From positions 710,988-774,987 of the forward strand of contig CM082589.2 of assembly GCA_040954595.2 (NCBI GenBank): 64,000 nucleotides of DNA, in the 5' to 3' direction. The notes beneath the pieces were generated by a model, which did not search any database, had not been told where the DNA came from, and saw only the letters and a list, made by a program, of their open reading frames with translations. Source of the DNA: Balanoglossus misakiensis (Eukaryota > Animalia > Hemichordata). Positions 38,801 through 52,600 of this stretch are shown piece after piece (within the stretch, counting starts at the first letter, position 1; every line of letters begins with the position of its first letter). Both the position numbers and the translations under genes were made by a program.

Positions 38801-41343
38801 TTTTTTCTGGAATATTCAAAGATTGATAGCGTTCCCATTTTTAGCAATTTAAGATAAGTATGTCAGGCCGTAAAAGTCACAAAAATCCAGACAACCTTCA
38901 CAGAGATAGCACATATGCAAAAACTATGTCTACATTAATGTGAAATATTTTCAGATTTAGGGAATCAGCAGAAATATTTTTCCAACTCAAAGGCACTCCA
39001 CTGCCAACGTGTACAAGATTTGATAATCAGTAACCAAAAGTCACCGCTGTGTAGTTGGCGCAATTCGTTCACACATGGGCAGACACAAATTTATCTTGTC
39101 CATGAAACATCATTGCTATTTTAAAATCCGAACGGAAGTCAACAATTTTGTTTGTTGTACCTGCACCTGATTTATCGAAATGCATTCTGGGTATTATGGG
39201 ATATTGGCTGCAGACTTGATATAACTACCTTTCAAGGCAAGCTCAAATATTCTCTCAAAGCGACCGCCAACAGCTGTCATTGAAACCATCACACTAATTC
39301 AGCCAAGTAAGTCTTATTTGCTCTCCAACAAGTAGAAGAAGAGCGCTTTTAGAGTGAATCCGTCTGTCACGAGAACCACTTGAATAACGCGGTTCATCAA
39401 CCTTGACTACGCTCCAATGAAGTGACTGAGTGGGTGTAAACAGTGAATTTATTTCGAGTGGCCAGAAAACCTCGTCTGACTTGGCAGAAAAAAGCGTGTT
39501 TGTAGCTGCGTTGTTCGGCCACCGATCGCGTGTTTATGAGTGCATTTCCTAAAAATCGTCAAAAGCCACCGCGCTGTCCCTCCTAAAATTTAATGGCAGA
39601 ACCTTTATGTTTGATTTGCAGAGATGTCAGATGGATTTGTTAATCCGAACACCTAAGAAGTACAATGCGTGACATCGATGACGTGGTGCCGGTTTACATA
39701 GGTAAGTTTGAAATTTCTCGCTATGTTACAGGTAGCTTAATTACTCTAATCTGATAATACGAATTATGCACATATTCTATCACTACCCCGTAAAACGTAA
39801 ATCACGCTATACTGAGCTTCATGCTTGTTCACAGTTATCACTTTTATCTGAGCATCGTTTAAATGTGCAGGTAGATTTGCTCAATTAAATCGGGATTATG
39901 GTCTGAAGGACGCTGTTTTCCCTCTGCAAAACTGAGCACCAGAGAAAATATTGGGAAAGTACATAACATTTGGTCTCAGAATTTGTCGATGTACTAACAC
40001 CACGAGTATATAAATATTTGAACCAAAGGCTTTGTAAGGAGGCAAGTTTAATTTTGTGGGGGTTACTAATAAAAGAGAATATTACCATCCAAGGATTTAG
40101 CGGCGAGTACTGTACTTACAGACTAAGTAATGTACATGTAATTTCAATTACGTTGGCTCCAAGGCAAAAAGAATGGCTGATATAATGTTTGTATACACTA
40201 AGGTGTACAAGTTCGTACAGGAAAAGAGGCACCCTAGGTAGCTATGTTTTAACGCAGCACGTGTAAAATGTCGTGAAAATGACAATAGTAGAAGTGAGTT
40301 TTCTAGCAATATGTAAATCATATGGGAAAAGACAAATGCGCTCACATTTGCGCTGTTGATATTTTTACGTTCTGCGCGTACATCCTTAATAAGAAAGCAA
40401 ACATCGAAAGACCAAGTCCGGAAATCAACCTCGATGTTTTTCCCATTTGCAATAAAGAATCTGCTTACTAATCATACAATGTGGAGAAACTGAAACGTAC
40501 TTTTAGATATCGCTTTGATACAACTCCAAGTAGTGGCTAGCACGAACGATATGTCGCGACAGGAGATTTTTCAATGGCGTCTTCTCAGCTTACTTCGGAA
40601 CGGAAATTTCTGGATTTCCGTGATTAAACTTTTCAAGATTCGCTTTTGATCAAGTAAATGCAATGTTCATATTAGACCCATATATCTATAACACATTAGC
40701 ATGTTTTATAGGAAACACCCTGCGGTGATAATTATCAATATATTTTTGTAGTTCAGTTTTTCTTTAAAAAATAATCCAGTTTTATTTTGGATAAGGATAT
40801 AAACTTACCATCCACGCACACAAATAATCGTATTCCAAAACGAATGATAAAACGGGATACTTTTATGACAAAACATCGAATCAGAAACCTCGGCACCGGA
40901 GGTTTTCATGTAGATACATTTACTGAGTCGTTCAGAAAATAGGATAATGTTGTCCACCCTTTGGGGAATTTCTGTCTGCATACGTGGTAACTTGTTTTTT
41001 TGTGTGTTGAGCTAATATAACATACCCGACATGGTTTCCCCGGCAACCACACGTGATTTACAGCAGGTAGGAGAAACAGTCATCTGCAGTGACTGCTATA
41101 TGTGAATACGTTACCTAGGTAACGGTAAATTGTAAACGCGGGATTGAATTACTGTGTGTATACAGCCCAGCTGTAACGCGGAGATTTTCTCTTTGACTTT
41201 TCATGGCGATGGAGGATGGATTACCGCGCGTGTCATGTCGCACGAAGCGCGTTGAAAGTTCGCGTCATGTGACACGTACCCGGATGTCACACAATTGGCT
41301 GATTGATCAAACAGTCAATCCTCATGCCAAGCTTACCACGATG

Positions 41344-41440
41344 ACACAGACGCACATATGTACACATAGACACAGACAGACACACACACAGACAGACAGA
41401 CACACAGACAGACACAAAGACAGACATACTGACACACAGA
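41344..41440. repeat. Degenerate (CA)n/(CAGA)n microsatellite
   Basis: Visible ACACAGAC/AGAC runs. Confidence 0.8.
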
Positions 41441-44400
41441 TCCGGTACGACGTCAGCCCACGTCTTTACCACGCATAGTTCTGAAACAATCAGCGTCACG
41501 CGTTTGATAGCTACCATATCCTCGATTTGGCCTGAGTGAATTAAAAGCATTCTTTCTGAATATCAGAGTCATTTAATCTAACTGATTGCAACTATTATGA
41601 TTAATACATGCTATTTGCAAGAAGAGGAGTAATTTACGGTTATTTGCGGAGAAGTAGTTTCAGCGTTTCGTTGAAATAGTTTGGTAGTTGTAGGTTAAGA
41701 GCTTCGAGAGGATTAATATTTCAGGCACCGCCGAGTGACCCCGCAACCCCTTTCTACGTAATTTCCACATTGCCTGCGTGTTCCTACAGAGCAAGAGACT
41801 TGGCAACATGCTAGGCAGAATGAATCATTTTAGTTTTATAGTTCTCCGAAACACTACAACAGTGTGGGTTGGAGATGTGGGTTGGAGATTCGAGTGGAGG
41901 GACATACCGGGTTCAATGGTTGTGAAGTTGAATTGTTCGAGGTCAGAAGCTTTGACTTTTATGTGTAATATTGGTTGCTTTTGTCGTTTGTCAACTCTGA
42001 ACATTTGCATCAGTTTATTCCAACTTCTGTCACATCCACCGTCATTTCTTCACCGTCATATTGGTATTAGGATAGCGTTGGCAGAAATAGCTGTTTTAAT
42101 GAATTGAACAAACATGACCCGAGGTCGTATAAAACACGGATGAACTGCAAGCGGCTATTTATAAAGACCTGTTCAGTATTTAGTTAACACGTCGATGACA
42201 AAAATAACATTCTCATTGACTGAGTGTACACACAGACATTGCTAACATTTCGATATTTGAACGTTGCTTCTCGTCTGTTAACTCAAGAATGTCAATCCAT
42301 GACGCATTTTCTGGTGGCTGAATTATTATTGGCTGACGTAATTGATTGAAAAGGGTCTGGTATGATGCAGTTAACTATTTCGTGTATCGAGGCAACCAAT
42401 AAATCATCCGCCTGCCAGTGCACATTTTAACTAAAGTCTATCCAATGAACTTTGAACATTCTGAATTTAAAAGTTTGCTTAAAGATATCTTTGTGTTCCC
42501 GATTGCTAATGTGTTCTGGTGATAAAACTTGCACAAGAACTATTTTGTGGTAATTCGTCTGCATATAAGAGTAAATAGCGCCCTCAAATCTTTGGAGAAT
42601 ACGTTCTTCTCCAAATTGGAGAATGATGAAATCGGAGATAGTCGAAGCATCGTTTGATTGGATTTCACGCGCGATGTCACCACTATCGACGGTTCATCTG
42701 AACGGAATGTTACCTTCAAGCGAAATGAACGAATTATACCCGACAACGTTTGAAAATCCAATTTGAGCCACCTTATTTTATTTATGTGTAACGGATCAGT
42801 AGGTGTGTACGCACTTTGGTGTTGATTATCGCGTGCGGCGGATGACATTCCCCGGTAGACAGAGTCAGTACAAGACGACCAAATTCAGTTCAAAATCGTA
42901 ACGTCACACTTTGCATCAGAAACATATTTGGATTGTTGATGTGCGGAATACGGTAGCACCGAATTAATTTTTGCTGTTGCTAGCTGAATAAAACCACTGA
43001 AGCCCGCCAGCCTTCAGCATCGATGAGGGGGCCCTATATCAACAAAACAACCAATCACACAGAAACTGGTAATTTCACATTCAAATCGTACAAGTGTTTC
43101 TTCGCCAGGCAAAATTAGGTTTATGACGTCACGAAGCTGACTAAATGCAAATCAAAATGTTTCTTGTATGCCTACAATCACCTTTCATGTACATACCCGT
43201 GGGGGATGCGCTGAAATAGTTGTCTTACCAAACGTTTCCATGGAAATAGACAATTTGCATGATAGTTGGCAACTGTTAACATTTACCTCCATGTCTGTGT
43301 AACCTACGAATTATTTTAGTCTGCGCTGTGATGTGATATACTGTAGGTGATTGTTACAATTACAGTGTGGTGTTATAAATCTAGGCTTTATTAATCGTCG
43401 ATGTAATAGAGTTTTCCGTAATGTCTTCTAACTTTATGAAAATGTGAGCAGACAACAAGCAAAAAAGGTGTGATAATTGATCTCTACTTCAAATTGATAT
43501 GTTTAACATGAATATCGACATCATAAAACTTAAAACTTTAGACTTGCCAACTTTCTTCTTGAAACTTTGACATTTCTTCGTCCAAATATCGTTAGTGGTC
43601 GAAAAACACTCTTCTCCTTAAAATGATCGGACCAATTAAACGAGAAATGTAAGAAGCCACCAATGTAAAACTAGCAGTGAAATTAGTTTGTACGATATCC
43701 CGTTGCATCTAGGTACCTGGAAATATCGGGTTTGCGTGTTTTTGATTACTCGAGCCTGAGGATTTCTTACAAACCACGGACCATCGAACGCATCGTATGC
43801 AACTTCTTCCTCATTAAATTGTCAGAACTAATAATCTATCTATGATGTTATCAAGATGCTTGGGCAAAATGATATGATTGGGCAAGGCATTTAGGGTCAG
43901 GTGACTCTCTCAAGGCTTGCATTTTATCGCTGGAGGGCGCACCGAGTCTAACTGTCGCAGCCAGAACGCAATATATAATGTGTATTAATTAACTGATACC
44001 CCATAATTTAACAAGCCATGCTCTTTTGTATTTCAAAAAGTTTTTTAGACAAATATTATAGCTGACTGAATATTTCTGTAAAAGATATGGACAGGAATCC
44101 AGGGCAGTTGCGCACACTCGCCAACGTATCGACAGTGGAACAGAAATGTAGAATACCTATTCGAAATTTCTTGTTACGCAACACAAAATTACCGCCCATA
44201 CCTCATGATCATGCCCCGTATTAAAATTCAAGGAGAAATCCCAGAACACGAGCGATAAAGTGAATACTCACTCACTTGACCGTACTTGACCTTGTGCAAC
44301 GAGGCATACGCTAGAGGCAACAGAACACGGAGGAAAAATTGGCAAAGTTTGATATTTGAGAGGACATTCCCAATGGATATCGGTCAGCTTTCAGCCGGTG

Positions 44401-47400
44401 TTATTTTTAGGTTGATTGAGGCATTCCGTATAGTGTGACTTGTAGCCCGAACGATTGGCAAGGAAGATTGATACATTGTGGAAAGTTTAATTGAAGTCCC
44501 CGGGTATCTAGTTAAAATTGGAGGAATACGTCTACTTGTCAGTCTTCAGACAAACATATAATCTGTATATATGCGTACACATCGAAGTACGGTTGAAATG
44601 AGAACGGGGAATTGCTAGAAGTTGTGTTGTTTTATTACCTATGTAGTAATGGCTTCTCGGCTCAGAATCTGGGGAATTCGTAGTGTTGGGTGATCACACC
44701 GTGGCAGCGCCGGTGTCAGACTGGCCGTTAATTCAGTAATTCGTATGGGTGTATATCTGGTGTGGGACTGGACACAGTCATGACTGACGATATGGTTAAT
44801 GCACCATGATGTACAAATTCCACTCTCCCCACGACATTATCTCAACCAAGTTGTAAATCGCTATATTCAAACTGAGAAACCCTTAGTTGAAAAATGCTAG
44901 TTGATTATAAGTACTATGTATCTATAATTGATGATGCATTTTCGCATGTTGATTTATTAAATAGGAGCGAATCATTTTTCCAGGGGACGTATCAATTATA
45001 AGCATACACCGCCATCATCTTTTGAGCTGCCGAGTTAAACTTGATATGTCTACAAAAAATCTGAGAAGATAAAAGACAATCAACGGTACGTCCTCAAATA
45101 TATGGCACGCGAACGTTTTTTGGCAAAGATAGTAAAATGTAACATCTTTTTGTTCTACAGCCAACAGTCTCTGATTCTATACCCAGCCTCTTTTTGTAAA
45201 ATCTTCTCACATAATTTATTATAAATTGAAGTCGATTTATAATGGATGAAATAGGTTTCAAGAAAATTATTCCTCATTTGGGAAAAATACTGAACTCTTA
45301 TTTTCGTGAATTCGTCGCCTAGAGATATGTGCGCATTCAGCTTCATAAATGACAATTTTCTTCCGTCGCTGAATATGATATAACCTATGATTGGGAGCGA
45401 CTGTTAGCATCCTGCCAGCGAGACAGGTACAATTCATCTCGGTGGAACGATATCACGACCCCCTAGGTGACCTCATCTGAGCACCCATGCGGGCCGTAAA
45501 TTACCTGAGTTGAAAACGCCGCGATATTTGCGGAGACTCAAGATTCTTGTTCCGAGACTGTCTCCTCTCACGGAAGGTCTGCAATCGGGGAAAATGACCT
45601 TTGCGAGATTGATCAGTGTGTGATATTTATGGAGGAAAAGAGCATTTTATTCTTGGTGGATAGTAACATTTTTGACTCCCAAGAGTATATTCGATGCATG
45701 GCAGAGCGATTACTTAAAAGGATGAACGCAGCACGTGATTGAAACCAATTATAATTATGCTTACATGGCAGCACGAACTATTAGTTTTGATCCAGAAGTC
45801 ATATTTATGAAAATATACATGAATAACACTTTGAGATTAAAATTAACCGCCCACAAAGAAAAACACGACATGCGGGTGCGTTTCAGACGGATTGTGGTTT
45901 TTTTTCTCCTGTGCGAAAATGCATTTATAGGGGAAGTAGAATAGATTTCAATTTAAACATTTAGCATCTGTAGTAGGCAGAAGACGTACTTGTCTTGCGC
46001 AAATGGCGTCCAGGTTTCGTTCCCTTTCTATCCCAGCATGCAGCAAACCGGAAACTGCGCCATCATTGATCCTACTGATCATGCGCTATGAACCCCGCAT
46101 GTGATGGCCAGGTAGGAAGGATTTTCGGATATTTTATACCGGTTTTATTTGTTTAACGTATAAACATGTGTCATTGTAAGAACGCCCAACCGATCATCAC
46201 CCAAAGCTGCATCCGTCGAAGTTGTCAATAATTCATGTTGTCAGTTTAACCATAGCAATCGAAGCTCTTCCGGTGTCTATGGGTTCGCGTCACACTAACG
46301 TATCCACTGATTTGAATGTAACTCCATGTTGTATGTGGGATGTCTAAAAACTAGGGAAAATGTGCTCACTCTGCACTGAATGACTGGAGACAGTACATGT
46401 ATGCATCAATGACACCATAATTGATGAAAGTGAAATTTTAATGTACATTAATATTAATGTTAACTAAGTCGTTGTGTTCAGACTTTTCTAGTTTAGGTAT
46501 AAGTGGCTTGTGTTTCTCTTGAGGCATTGTTGACGTATCCGGTACTGCAAAAAAACTTTCTCTCTTAAAGCCTCTTTTGTATTTTTGTACTGGCAAGATT
46601 TGCTTTGGATCGGGAAGGAATTAGTTTCCACAAATGGGCAAGGAATTACGGGATAAGCCGTATATAATGGTTTCTTGTACTCAATATCTACAGTATTACC
46701 CTTGCCAAAAGAGATTGCTTTTCCAGTTGATGTTGCTTTCATAAAACCTTGCCCTGATTTCAGTAATACATAAACAACTTTTATCATTTCAAGTCAAATC
46801 AGAAAACAACAAAAGTGACGTCATCAGATCATATTTTTACTCGTAGTCCCTTCATGACCTAACTGTTAAGGTGTAATAGATGTTTACGCTGTCGTGTATA
46901 TTGTCATCTTTTACATATTATGCGTTGAACAGGTGTTGTGCTTTGGGGAAGTCACTTTGGTCTTTGTCCTCTTTGAATGGACGTCAGTATGCACGCATTG
47001 AAGACAGTTGTGTTCTGGTGCCACCGAGCAGGCATAACCCCCTAGTGACTGTTCAAAACGTCAATATAGGTGTTCGAAAATAGCTTGGCGTTGTTAAACG
47101 TGTGGGAACGCACGATGTTCAGAAAAAAAACAGGATTATTAGCCGTTCAAGTGTTTCAGTTTGGGCGTTCAATTGCTGTTTACGTTTACAGCGTATACTT
47201 TTTTGCCACGATTGTCTAAAAACGTGGGCGCATCAGTGACGTCATCCCCCATCTTTGACGTCATCAGGTTGCAGTATATGGGGATTTATACTTTCATTAG
47301 GGGATTAACCCTGTACTTCCTTCCCATCGGTTTGCTTCACGGTTGAAATGTCGTCTCTAGATCTCGTTTTAATAAAATGTGGTTTTATACATACTTATAT

Positions 47401-49580
47401 TTGGACATACACAATCAAAGTAACAAAACCATCGAGGTAAATTCCCAAGTTTTGCTTTGATGGTGTCATCTCTTCGTGTTTACCTCGCATGGATTTTGCA
47501 GAAATCTTATCAGATTAGCAGTGCGTGTACTGTTGACAAAGAGTTCCATAAATTGAATTTTCGGCCCAGGGTCTCCGCTGTGACTGTTTTATGAGTGTCT
47601 GCTTGGAGCAGATGCTTGTCTGTTGAAATGATAATGGCACGTTGTTAACAACGCGCATTTTCTTGGTTTATATGCCTTGAAGTGTTGAAGAGCCAAAATC
47701 CGTGCGCCTTTTGCCATGTATCTTTGCTTCTCGTGTCGTGTAATTTGAAACACGGTAAAATATAGATAACACATAGCCTATAGAAATAGTCCTACTCAGT
47801 TCAAGATGCTCACTTATCGGTGGAGGTCGAAATTGTAACTTGAAGCAGGTGAGAGACGAACATATATTACTTCCCTGTAGGTAGCTATGATTTTCCCGAG
47901 AGATTTCCGCTCCAGAAGTCTCTCTCTACTAAATCATCTTAGGAATAGAGCGCTCCTCTTTCTTTGTACAGAAAACTTGTATTGATGAATAAGGAAGTAA
48001 GTGTCAAATTCACCCCATTGGTTTTGAAATATAACCGTTACGTTTGATAAATAGACAACCGCCATTTTATAGAGTTGTATAGTTGTTTTTATTCAATTTG
48101 ACTTTTGTCCAAATTTTACTGCAAAGGTCTGGCTGAAGACGAAAACGAATCACCGAGTTTGCTTATATCGTTCGGTAGCCATATTGTACAGTACATACCT
48201 AATCATCATGGACAAGCAGTGTAGATACCTACAGGTGATTGAACTTGACAGACAACAAATATTTCTTCATAGAAAAGAAATCTGGAGGTGTCACCAACTC
48301 TACGCGTAATTATAGCAATGCCTTTATTGCAAGTGAACGGGCAATCAGCGTCGCAGGCGGGAATCAAAAAAGACCATTAACTTCTCTTGATAAACAGTGG
48401 GAGGGATGATATTATTGTCGCAGTAATATCCAAGTCTGTCCGTCCGACCATCGTGTTGGTGTGAAATGCGTTTGTCATTTAATTTTAACGCTTCACCCTC
48501 CTTTGAAGGTTCGAAAATATTGCGAGATGAACTGCGATTGCAGAAATTTTGCTGGACAAGATGGCGGTTGATCATAAAGTCTGTTTTCCCGCGCAAACGT
48601 CGGCCCCGAAGCAATAACCTCGCATGTCGTGAATAAAGGCGCAAACTTTTCTTCCTTCATTGCTACTGTGAATACACATCGAGGGAACAAGTCTTTTCCA
48701 TTTTCGCTCTTCTGGCCATGTATGCATTAATGAGAATTTTCAAAAACTTTTCAGTCACTGTGATATCAGGTTTTAAATTTGAAATGTGAATGTAACAAAA
48801 AGAGGCTTGTTCAGACCGTCTAGTTGCTAGTAATATTCTTTGAAATCAGACCCCACAGGCCTTCCTGTTTCATTTGCGAATTTTCAAGATTTTTGTTCAG
48901 TTTTCTTTCTCTACTCAAGGCCCGTGATTTGAAAAACGATAGCCTCAGTTGATCAAGGCTCAATTGGTCTGCTCCATCGAAAGCCATACAGTCGATAGAA
49001 AAAAAAAATCTTATTGAAGATGTAACCATAGATGAGTCAGCGATATGAATACTTGGGGAAACTTGAAAATAGGTTGCCATGATATTCTGCCGGGTCTAAA
49101 CGTTCCATTTTAATAAGCCTCGACCAATTTAAACTTTCTGCCGTATTTTCGAGTACGTTTATCTAGCTGGCTTTTGTGAATTTTCAGACAAGTACACAAG
49201 ACTGCTTTATAAGGGACCTGTCACCCTTCACCACCTGTCGGGGCGGCGGGAAATACAGCTGAACACGGGAGCTGTTCTGTCTGCCTCCCCGGCACGGTGC
49301 TTTTCAAGTTCACCTCAGTTTCCGTTGGGAGACATGTTCACATTTTAGGCATAAGTGATCAAATGTGGCAAACCCATCAGCCAAGGTCCGGCCATGTGAC
49401 TGATTTCCCGTTGTTTATCGAATGGATGACACAGTTTATTCGATTACCATGAGAGCGATCATAATGAGATTATGCAGACGACATTACCAAGTGCACTGAC
49501 ATGAAATAATTTAAGTAGACTCACCGGAAAGAGGAGAGAGTTCAGTGGAGTAAACAATGTTAACACGCTCAATCCCGTCC

Positions 49581-49612
49581 CTTGACGCTGACGTCACAAA
49601 CCAACCGGAAGT
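49581..49612. promoter_or_regulatory. Promoter-like cluster (half CRE + full CRE + ETS)
   Basis: TGACG at 49583, TGACGTCA at 49589 and CCGGAAGT at 49605, with X-box GTTGTCATAGTAAC at 49834-49847. Confidence 0.45.
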
Positions 49613-52600
49613 TCAGTACCACAGACCCGCTTTGTTGTTGTCGTTTTTCAAATTCCCAAAATCAGCCGTTTATGCGCCGAAAATTAAGTTTCCTCTGCGG
49701 TAATAGTGTCGGCCTAATCGCTCTGAGTTCAACATTGTTTTCTGTGTATTTAATATGATTTTCCCTTCAGAGGAATGAAGAAAAACAACACATATCGCTC
49801 GAAGTGTTTTCTCATCGTGAACGCCTGTATTGAGTTGTCATAGTAACACTTCAAAAGTAAATCACAGAGTTCTCTTTTATTTCAGGTTGTTTATACATAA
49901 TGATATTTTGGGTCCAATTATATAGGGTCACAGATCAGCCTTATGCTACAGGTTTCACAATCATATTTGTTTTTGGTGCCTGAAGGGGTACAAAGGGAGG
50001 TCGCTTATAGTTTAGGTCGCATGTTCTCAATCTCTGCGTGTGGTGTTCTTTCAGTTAGTCATGCCTTTCGGCTCAGCTTCGATGGATTAACCATGTCCCA
50101 ATCCTGCGACGAGTTCACGCAGGCATTGTCTTTGTAACGCTAGTTGTTTTCTTAGAATTGCACATGACGAGTAAAATATCTTTTGAATCATTTATATGTT
50201 TCAGATGACGTGAAAGTTGGCCTTAAATTGTCGGTCATAATTGGTACTGTGGCCTCGACGCATCGTTGATCTTCAAACCCCCCTGCACATAATTCGGGAC
50301 CACGTGTTTTGTACTACAGCAGAATCGTGGGAGGCCAAGGCTGTTGATGAGCTCTCTTGAAAGCGCCACCGAAATTATGGATATCCACATCATATACCTG
50401 TCATATCTAGCGGCGGGAACAATATATGGAAGTCTGACATCACACTAACACTTGCAGTTCCGGATCACTATTCGTCGTCAGACAGACATAATCCCATCAC
50501 CGAGAGAGCTCATTCTGTGCAGTCTTCTCACCGCGGTCGGTGTTTGCACTCTATTTTGAGAGAATATAGACGATAAGCTTGCCTATTTGGACTGGGGAAC
50601 TGACGTCGTGTGCTTGTTGATGTTTTATTTTTCGCGCCTCTTCAATTTGTCATCTGGAATAACTTGGACAGAAGAATCTGATAGTCATCAACGAAATAAC
50701 GAGGTAAGGCGATAACATTAGTTGTTAACTTCGAGATATTCCATTCAACCTCGCCTTTTGTGTGCCACATCAAAGTTCTAACATTTGTAAGGTATACATC
50801 CATCAGCAAATGCCACGTCGCACATATTAACGGGTTTCATAAACAAATGTTTCCATTTTAAATATTGAATGGCACTCCCGAAATGGCATGGCGCAGATGA
50901 TTAAACTAAAACGATCTCGTGCCACGAAAACATACTTGATGCAGCAACGTGAATATACCTGTTGAACAAAAATGCGTCTCATGACACACAGAAAACCTGC
51001 ATATGAATACAGTGTATTTGCAATCTCGCGATATTCGTTGTCATCCTTATAAGTGATGATGTTCGTTGTCAACCTCATTTTTGCGAATGCGTCCTTCAAG
51101 TCGACGTCTTGGCAGCTAACGCTTTTGTGTATATCAATGCAAACCGTATATATAATACAATTTCGTTTCCCATGCCATTTTATATGTGTCATGGACATTT
51201 GTGTGAGTCAACGTCGTGTTTAAGATCTGTCAAACGTTACATCGTGAATGATGTCAACATTCTGTGAATATTCGCGATCGGTACAATCCTTGCCATGTCT
51301 GGCTTGGCGGTACACGAAGACAGGTGTTGAGTAAACTACGTTGAAATCTTCAGGGATGACATGAAATAAAACGAATCGTACAGCCATCTACCAATCACAT
51401 TGAAGGTTAATTATCGCAATGTTATCCGTCAAGATGATCATGTGATGTGATAATTGCAAAATACAATTCAAAATATTCCCATCGGCCACACTTAGGGTAA
51501 ATATAGCAAAAATACTATAGTGATATCATAAGTCATGTCATTTTGTATTGATGTGGAAAAGATTGATCAACCTGACCGCATGTATGGCGAATATATTTTA
51601 CAAGATCATCCGCTTTATGGAAATCTTATGTGTAGATTAGCTTTCGCCATACAATTTTCACTGTAGATCTTTGCTAGTGCTGTCGGCATGTAAACGGCAG
51701 GGATTATATTATTTCGGTCGAGTTGTCTGTCTTTCCAGTATGTTTGACGTCGCGTGCATTTTGGCTGATATATTTACTCCGGTGGATCTTTGGAATCTTA
51801 GAATCGAAGGACAATCAAATTGAAACATTGGATATGGCTGCGGATTGAGGCAAAGTCTTAAAATTTTGTCATATTTTGCACATGGCGACTTTCGATTATT
51901 TGTTTCCTCAAAACTGGTGTTTCCCTGAGATAATCAAAGACAGATAGTAATTCAAAAGAAAAATCTGTTTCGCTGTCCGAGGATGACTTGTTTGGCTTTA
52001 ATAGAAACAGCTCAATGGCGCCTCCTACAAGTGGCGCCCTGAGCACGTGTCCTATCAGCCATATTTGAATCTTATTCCACGGTTTAGTCTACTCTTTGCA
52101 TTTGGTGGCAGCTGTAGTGAGCGACCGCTTCCTCAAAAACCTGACACATCTGTGACTTGCCCACTGTGTCTGATCTGCCTGTAACATAATTCACCTAATT
52201 CTTCGACCCATTATGAAGAATCAGAATTTAATCCTATCACTGTATTAAGACGAAGACGGATTTCCACGGGTATCTAAGCGAGAAGAATAAGGGTAATGCA
52301 ATGGGGGCGCCCTGATGAGCGGTTGTTTGGCGGGAGCCATCAATTTTCATGCGGCTTGCTTCTTGATTTATAAGGTGCTCTCTCGCAAAGCGAACCTAAT
52401 GATGAAGCCACTGCAAGGTGAACAGTCGGCGTCCTATTTCAGCTATTTTAAGAAACACCCCAATCAGTTAGCTTTCACCTGTCTCTTCTGACACTAATAT
52501 TGCTGGTCTGGTTTAGACTCCGCTAGACTGTTACTGTCTCAGTATTGACATTAGGAGAGTGTCAGCCTAAACTATCAAGCGCACAAATTACTAAACGGAT

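Noticed and set aside
41203-41550. His/Thr/Asp-repeat and Val/Cys-repeat ORFs
   Set aside because: Translations of the CA/CAGA microsatellite.
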